Shown: in pieces, positions 60,893-64,000 of the stretch | Position numbering within the stretch: position 1 is the stretch's first letter | How the letters are laid out: the number at the start of each line of letters is the position of its first letter | Source: Coraliomargaritaceae bacterium | GTDB lineage: Bacteria > Verrucomicrobiota > Verrucomicrobiia > Opitutales > Coraliomargaritaceae | DNA: 64,000 nucleotides | NCBI GenBank assembly: GCA_965656495.1 | Contig: CBFHKU010000003.1 | Location: forward strand, 96,001 to 160,000 | Direction: 5' to 3' | Made by a program: the position numbers and the translations under genes | Notes under the pieces: generated by a model | The model's input: only the letters and a program-made list of their open reading frames with translations | Told to the model about the DNA's origin: nothing | Databases searched by the model: none

Positions 60893-62082
60893 TGATGAGC
60901 GCACATTTTCACAATGACTTAAACGATCGGCGTGCCGGTTTCAGTTTACTTGAACTGATCGGTGTGATGACGGTCATTTCCATTCTCTTGGCGGCGGCGA
61001 TTCCCCTGACGGTCAATGTGATTCAAAGTCAACGCCTCGCGGATGAAAAAGCCGCTTTACCGGCGCTGGCGGAAGCCTTGAAGCGGGGGATGCTCCGCGA
61101 GCAGGCTTTTCCGCTTTACGCGAATGGGGTAGCACGCAGTCAGGAGGCTGCGAACAATTATTACTGGTGGAATCTTGCCGCGCGTCACGGTGCGGGCAGC
61201 GCCAACGAGGCGCGTTATCCAGTGGGTTCGCGCAATACGGCGGGCAATGTGCGGAAGTTGTATTTCGCGGATGGGAGCTTTGCGGATTTTTCTTTCTCGG
61301 ACCTGACGGGCAATGGCTCCGGATGGCTGAATGATTTTCAGGATCCGCGCGAGTTACGGCTTTTGCTGCTTTCGACGACCAATCCCGACTTGCCGCTGCC
61401 GGACACAATTAGCGGAGCGGAATTTGACAATCTCTGGGACAACTGGGCGGTTGGCAGTGATGGAGAACCCATGAGCGGTAATTGGGCGGCTTACGGGTTA
61501 TCTGCTTCGCAATGGGAAAATCGCGCCGCAGAACTGGTGGTTCAGCGGGTGGATTTGCGGGAATGGTTGTGCGAGGTTACGGTGGAGATTCGGCGTGGTG
61601 TGGATGTTTCCGGGTTAGGTGTCATGCCCTTTAGCCTTTTAGATGTGGAAGACACTGCGGATATGCGTCGTGTAGTATTGGAAAATGTCTCCGGAGTGCA
61701 GGTACATGTGGCGCGTTCGACGGATCAGAATGGTTTCGGTGATGTTACTTATACGATCGAATCTATTGCGATTGATGGCATTCCCATTGTGGAGCTGGAA
61801 TACGACACGGATGATGGGATTTTCGAGGAATTAACTCCCCAGTTAATATTACTCAATGACTCGGGAGGCCAGGTGGATAATCAGGTTTTGAATTTAGAGG
61901 ATCGCAATTCCACTTTGGGTTTTGGCAATTCTGACAGTGCGATCCAAACGCGATATTTTTTGCTGAATGAAATTATCAACCTTTTAGACACCAGCGAACC
62001 AACACCCAATCAAGTGGGGGCGGTGGTGTTGGATAAAAACTTTAAAACCCTTCGCTTTGACGGGCAACGTTGGCGGTATTAA
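60892..62082 (+). CDS. Prepilin-type N-terminal cleavage domain protein (large minor pilin)
   Basis: RAG|FSLLELIGVMTVISILLAAAIP. Confidence 0.85.
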   Translation: MMSAHFHNDLNDRRAGFSLLELIGVMTVISILLAAAIPLTVNVIQSQRLADEKAALPALAEALKRGMLREQAFPLYANGVARSQEAANNYYWWNLAARHGAGSANEARYPVGSRNTAGNVRKLYFADGSFADFSFSDLTGNGSGWLNDFQDPRELRLLLLSTTNPDLPLPDTISGAEFDNLWDNWAVGSDGEPMSGNWAAYGLSASQWENRAAELVVQRVDLREWLCEVTVEIRRGVDVSGLGVMPFSLLDVEDTADMRRVVLENVSGVQVHVARSTDQNGFGDVTYTIESIAIDGIPIVELEYDTDDGIFEELTPQLILLNDSGGQVDNQVLNLEDRNSTLGFGNSDSAIQTRYFLLNEIINLLDTSEPTPNQVGAVVLDKNFKTLRFDGQRWRY

Positions 62083-62105
62083 TTTGAGCAAAACGATTTA
62101 GCTAC

Positions 62106-63455
62106 ATGGCACAGGTATACATCATATGGGATCACGGGAAGCTGACGGCCTGGCGGCGGAAGGGGAAGTCGGCGGCTCTTCTGGCGGAGGCTCCGGTTGA
62201 AAAGGTGGAGGGTCTTTTAAGTTACCTGAAGGAAAATGGCCGCAAGCTCCGGATTTCGCACCTGACGATTTATCTGGATCATGGTGCCTTGGATCATCAT
62301 GTGGAACGCTTGCCCCCGCTGGCAGGCAAGCTGCAGCGTCAATTAATGGCGCAGCGCAAGGAAAAGCTCTATGGTGCGGTGCCGCGGTCGTGGGTTTCGC
62401 AGGCGATGGAATTGACGGAGAAGGGTGCCCACAGTTTTCATTTTGTGGCCAGTTTGCCGGAAGCGCTGAGTGAACCGATCGCACGCTGGGCCTTGAATTC
62501 CGGTATCGTTCTCCAGGGAATTTTCAGTTTACCACACGCACTGGCGATGCTGGAGGCGGGGCCGGATGAGAGCGGGAAGTCGCGGATCATTTATCGCGCC
62601 GTGAATGAATCGGGCTATTTGTTGGCGTATGATGCGCTGGGTCGTTTTCTTTTCGTGAACCGGGTCGCGCGGAAAAATGCGAATGCGGATTCGCTGGAGT
62701 CGGGTTCAAAGCGCTTGGCGCTTTTTACGGAACAGGAATTTGGGGAGACTCTGGAGATACAACTCGAGTCGGGGGAAGATGATGCAGCGCCGGATGGGGA
62801 GGCTGCTCTGATTGGACGTTTGTTGCAGGGCAAGCCGTCCCTGAAAATGAATCTAATCGCGCCGAAGCAGCGGAATCGTCAACGCTGGCGTAAGCGTCGT
62901 CATCGGGCCTTTGCGCTCAGTGTTACGGCTTTTGGTCTGAGCTTTCTGTTCATGTTGCCGCAAGTGGAGCGCAAGCGGGAGGTGCAGTTGCTTGCGGAGG
63001 CGATGCAGACGGAAATACAGACGGAGTCATTGGCTACGCGCAAGATTGAGAATGATATTGTGAACAATCGGGCGCTCATGCATGTGATCGACTTCAGCCG
63101 TGAACGAATTGGGCTTACGGGTGAGGACGCAGTGCCGATGCCAATGTCGATGGCAGTGGGGGCAATTTCACACAGCCTCCCGAACGAGGTTGAGCTGGAC
63201 ATGCTGGATTGCCGTTTGGTGGTGGAGGAGCCGAGTATCTCAGTTGAGATGCGGGGTCGCCCTTTGACAGCGGATATTGATCTGGTGGACACCTTGGAGC
63301 GTTTTGAAGAGGCTATAAAAAACCGGGGTTGGAACTATGGCGACTGGCAGTTGGCATTTGCGCGGGAACGGAGCCGGGAGTCGCGTTTTGATCGCAGGGG
63401 TTCTTTGCGTAGTTTTACGCTCTCGTTTAAACTTTATCCATTTGAGGAGAAATAA
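62106..63455 (+). CDS. Hypothetical GspL or PilM-PilN-like alignment protein
   Basis: Soluble N-domain, then MNL, basic stretch, TM helix, coiled coil and LP..V.L; operon context. Confidence 0.5.
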   Translation: MAQVYIIWDHGKLTAWRRKGKSAALLAEAPVEKVEGLLSYLKENGRKLRISHLTIYLDHGALDHHVERLPPLAGKLQRQLMAQRKEKLYGAVPRSWVSQAMELTEKGAHSFHFVASLPEALSEPIARWALNSGIVLQGIFSLPHALAMLEAGPDESGKSRIIYRAVNESGYLLAYDALGRFLFVNRVARKNANADSLESGSKRLALFTEQEFGETLEIQLESGEDDAAPDGEAALIGRLLQGKPSLKMNLIAPKQRNRQRWRKRRHRAFALSVTAFGLSFLFMLPQVERKREVQLLAEAMQTEIQTESLATRKIENDIVNNRALMHVIDFSRERIGLTGEDAVPMPMSMAVGAISHSLPNEVELDMLDCRLVVEEPSISVEMRGRPLTADIDLVDTLERFEEAIKNRGWNYGDWQLAFARERSRESRFDRRGSLRSFTLSFKLYPFEEK

Positions 63456-63461
63456 ATTACG

Positions 63462-64000
63462 ATGCGCAAACTGCTCTATATTCTTTACACTATTCTAGCC
63501 TCGTATCCGGTAATCTTTCTATTGGTGCTGGCAACAGTGGGAGTCGTCTATCTGGGCACGGGATATCGTCCTGTGGAGGCGCGTTATGAGGCTTTATTGG
63601 CGGAGCGGGTGCAGTTGAAGCAGGACCGCCAGCGTCTTGCGCAAGAATTGGAGGGTATGCGGCAAGGCGACTTGCAGAAACGTCTACAAATTTTCAGCAA
63701 TGAATTTTTGGCAGCGGATGAGGTGGAGGAGGCGCGTCTTACGGGCGTATTAAACACGGCACTTGCGGCGAGTGGTTGGTCGATTGAATCGGCCGCCATC
63801 AAGATGGAAGAAACGCCGGAGGAGGCCTTGGGCTTGGGGGCTTTGGTTGTGGCGTATGAGGGGCGCGCACAGGGACTGACCTTGAGTGATGACAGTTCGT
63901 TTTTACCGACCTATTCCTTGATGCAGGCCTGCACTTATTTGTGGCGCAAGTCGCCGATAAAGGATTTCTCACGCATTTGTATTGAGCGTGATTCTAAGGG
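63462..64000 (+). CDS. Partial ORF running off the window; PilO/GspM-like by layout
   Basis: ATG at 63462, MRKLLYILYTILASYPVIFLLVLATVGVVYLG (TM) followed by a coiled coil; hand translation stays open to the end; absent from the ORF track because it has no stop. Confidence 0.6.
   Translation, partial: MRKLLYILYTILASYPVIFLLVLATVGVVYLGTGYRPVEARYEALLAERVQLKQDRQRLAQELEGMRQGDLQKRLQIFSNEFLAADEVEEARLTGVLNTALAASGWSIESAAIKMEETPEEALGLGALVVAYEGRAQGLTLSDDSSFLPTYSLMQACTYLWRKSPIKDFSRICIERDSK

Overview
A 64-kb GC-rich bacterial chromosome segment. Gene content points to Verrucomicrobiota, probably Opitutia (inferred mainly from an Akkermansia Amuc_1102-1098-like pilus/secretin cluster). Most of the window is housekeeping: pyk, folE2, hisH, gltA, coaB, carA, folC, accD, truA, ruvC, mrdA-mreD-mreC-mreB, acnA, tyrS, ruvB, murA, prlC and recF. 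It also holds two toxin-antitoxin modules, two type IV filament/type II secretion-like clusters and a low-GC subtilase. No rRNA, tRNA, CRISPR array, transposase or integrase was recognised. The most striking unexplained signal is a set of small cargo genes bracketed by short-period repeat arrays. Two four-helix-bundle (23S rRNA intervening-sequence/Avd-like) genes each sit between co-oriented genes and are enclosed by inverted tandem-repeat arms: a 6-mer array at 8977-9551 and an 8-mer array at 54186-54630. A Doc-like TA pair lacking the catalytic His is enclosed by direct arrays of REP-like hairpins at 12522-13465, where the strand G/C skew also flips. All product calls come from motif recognition by eye, with no database searches.
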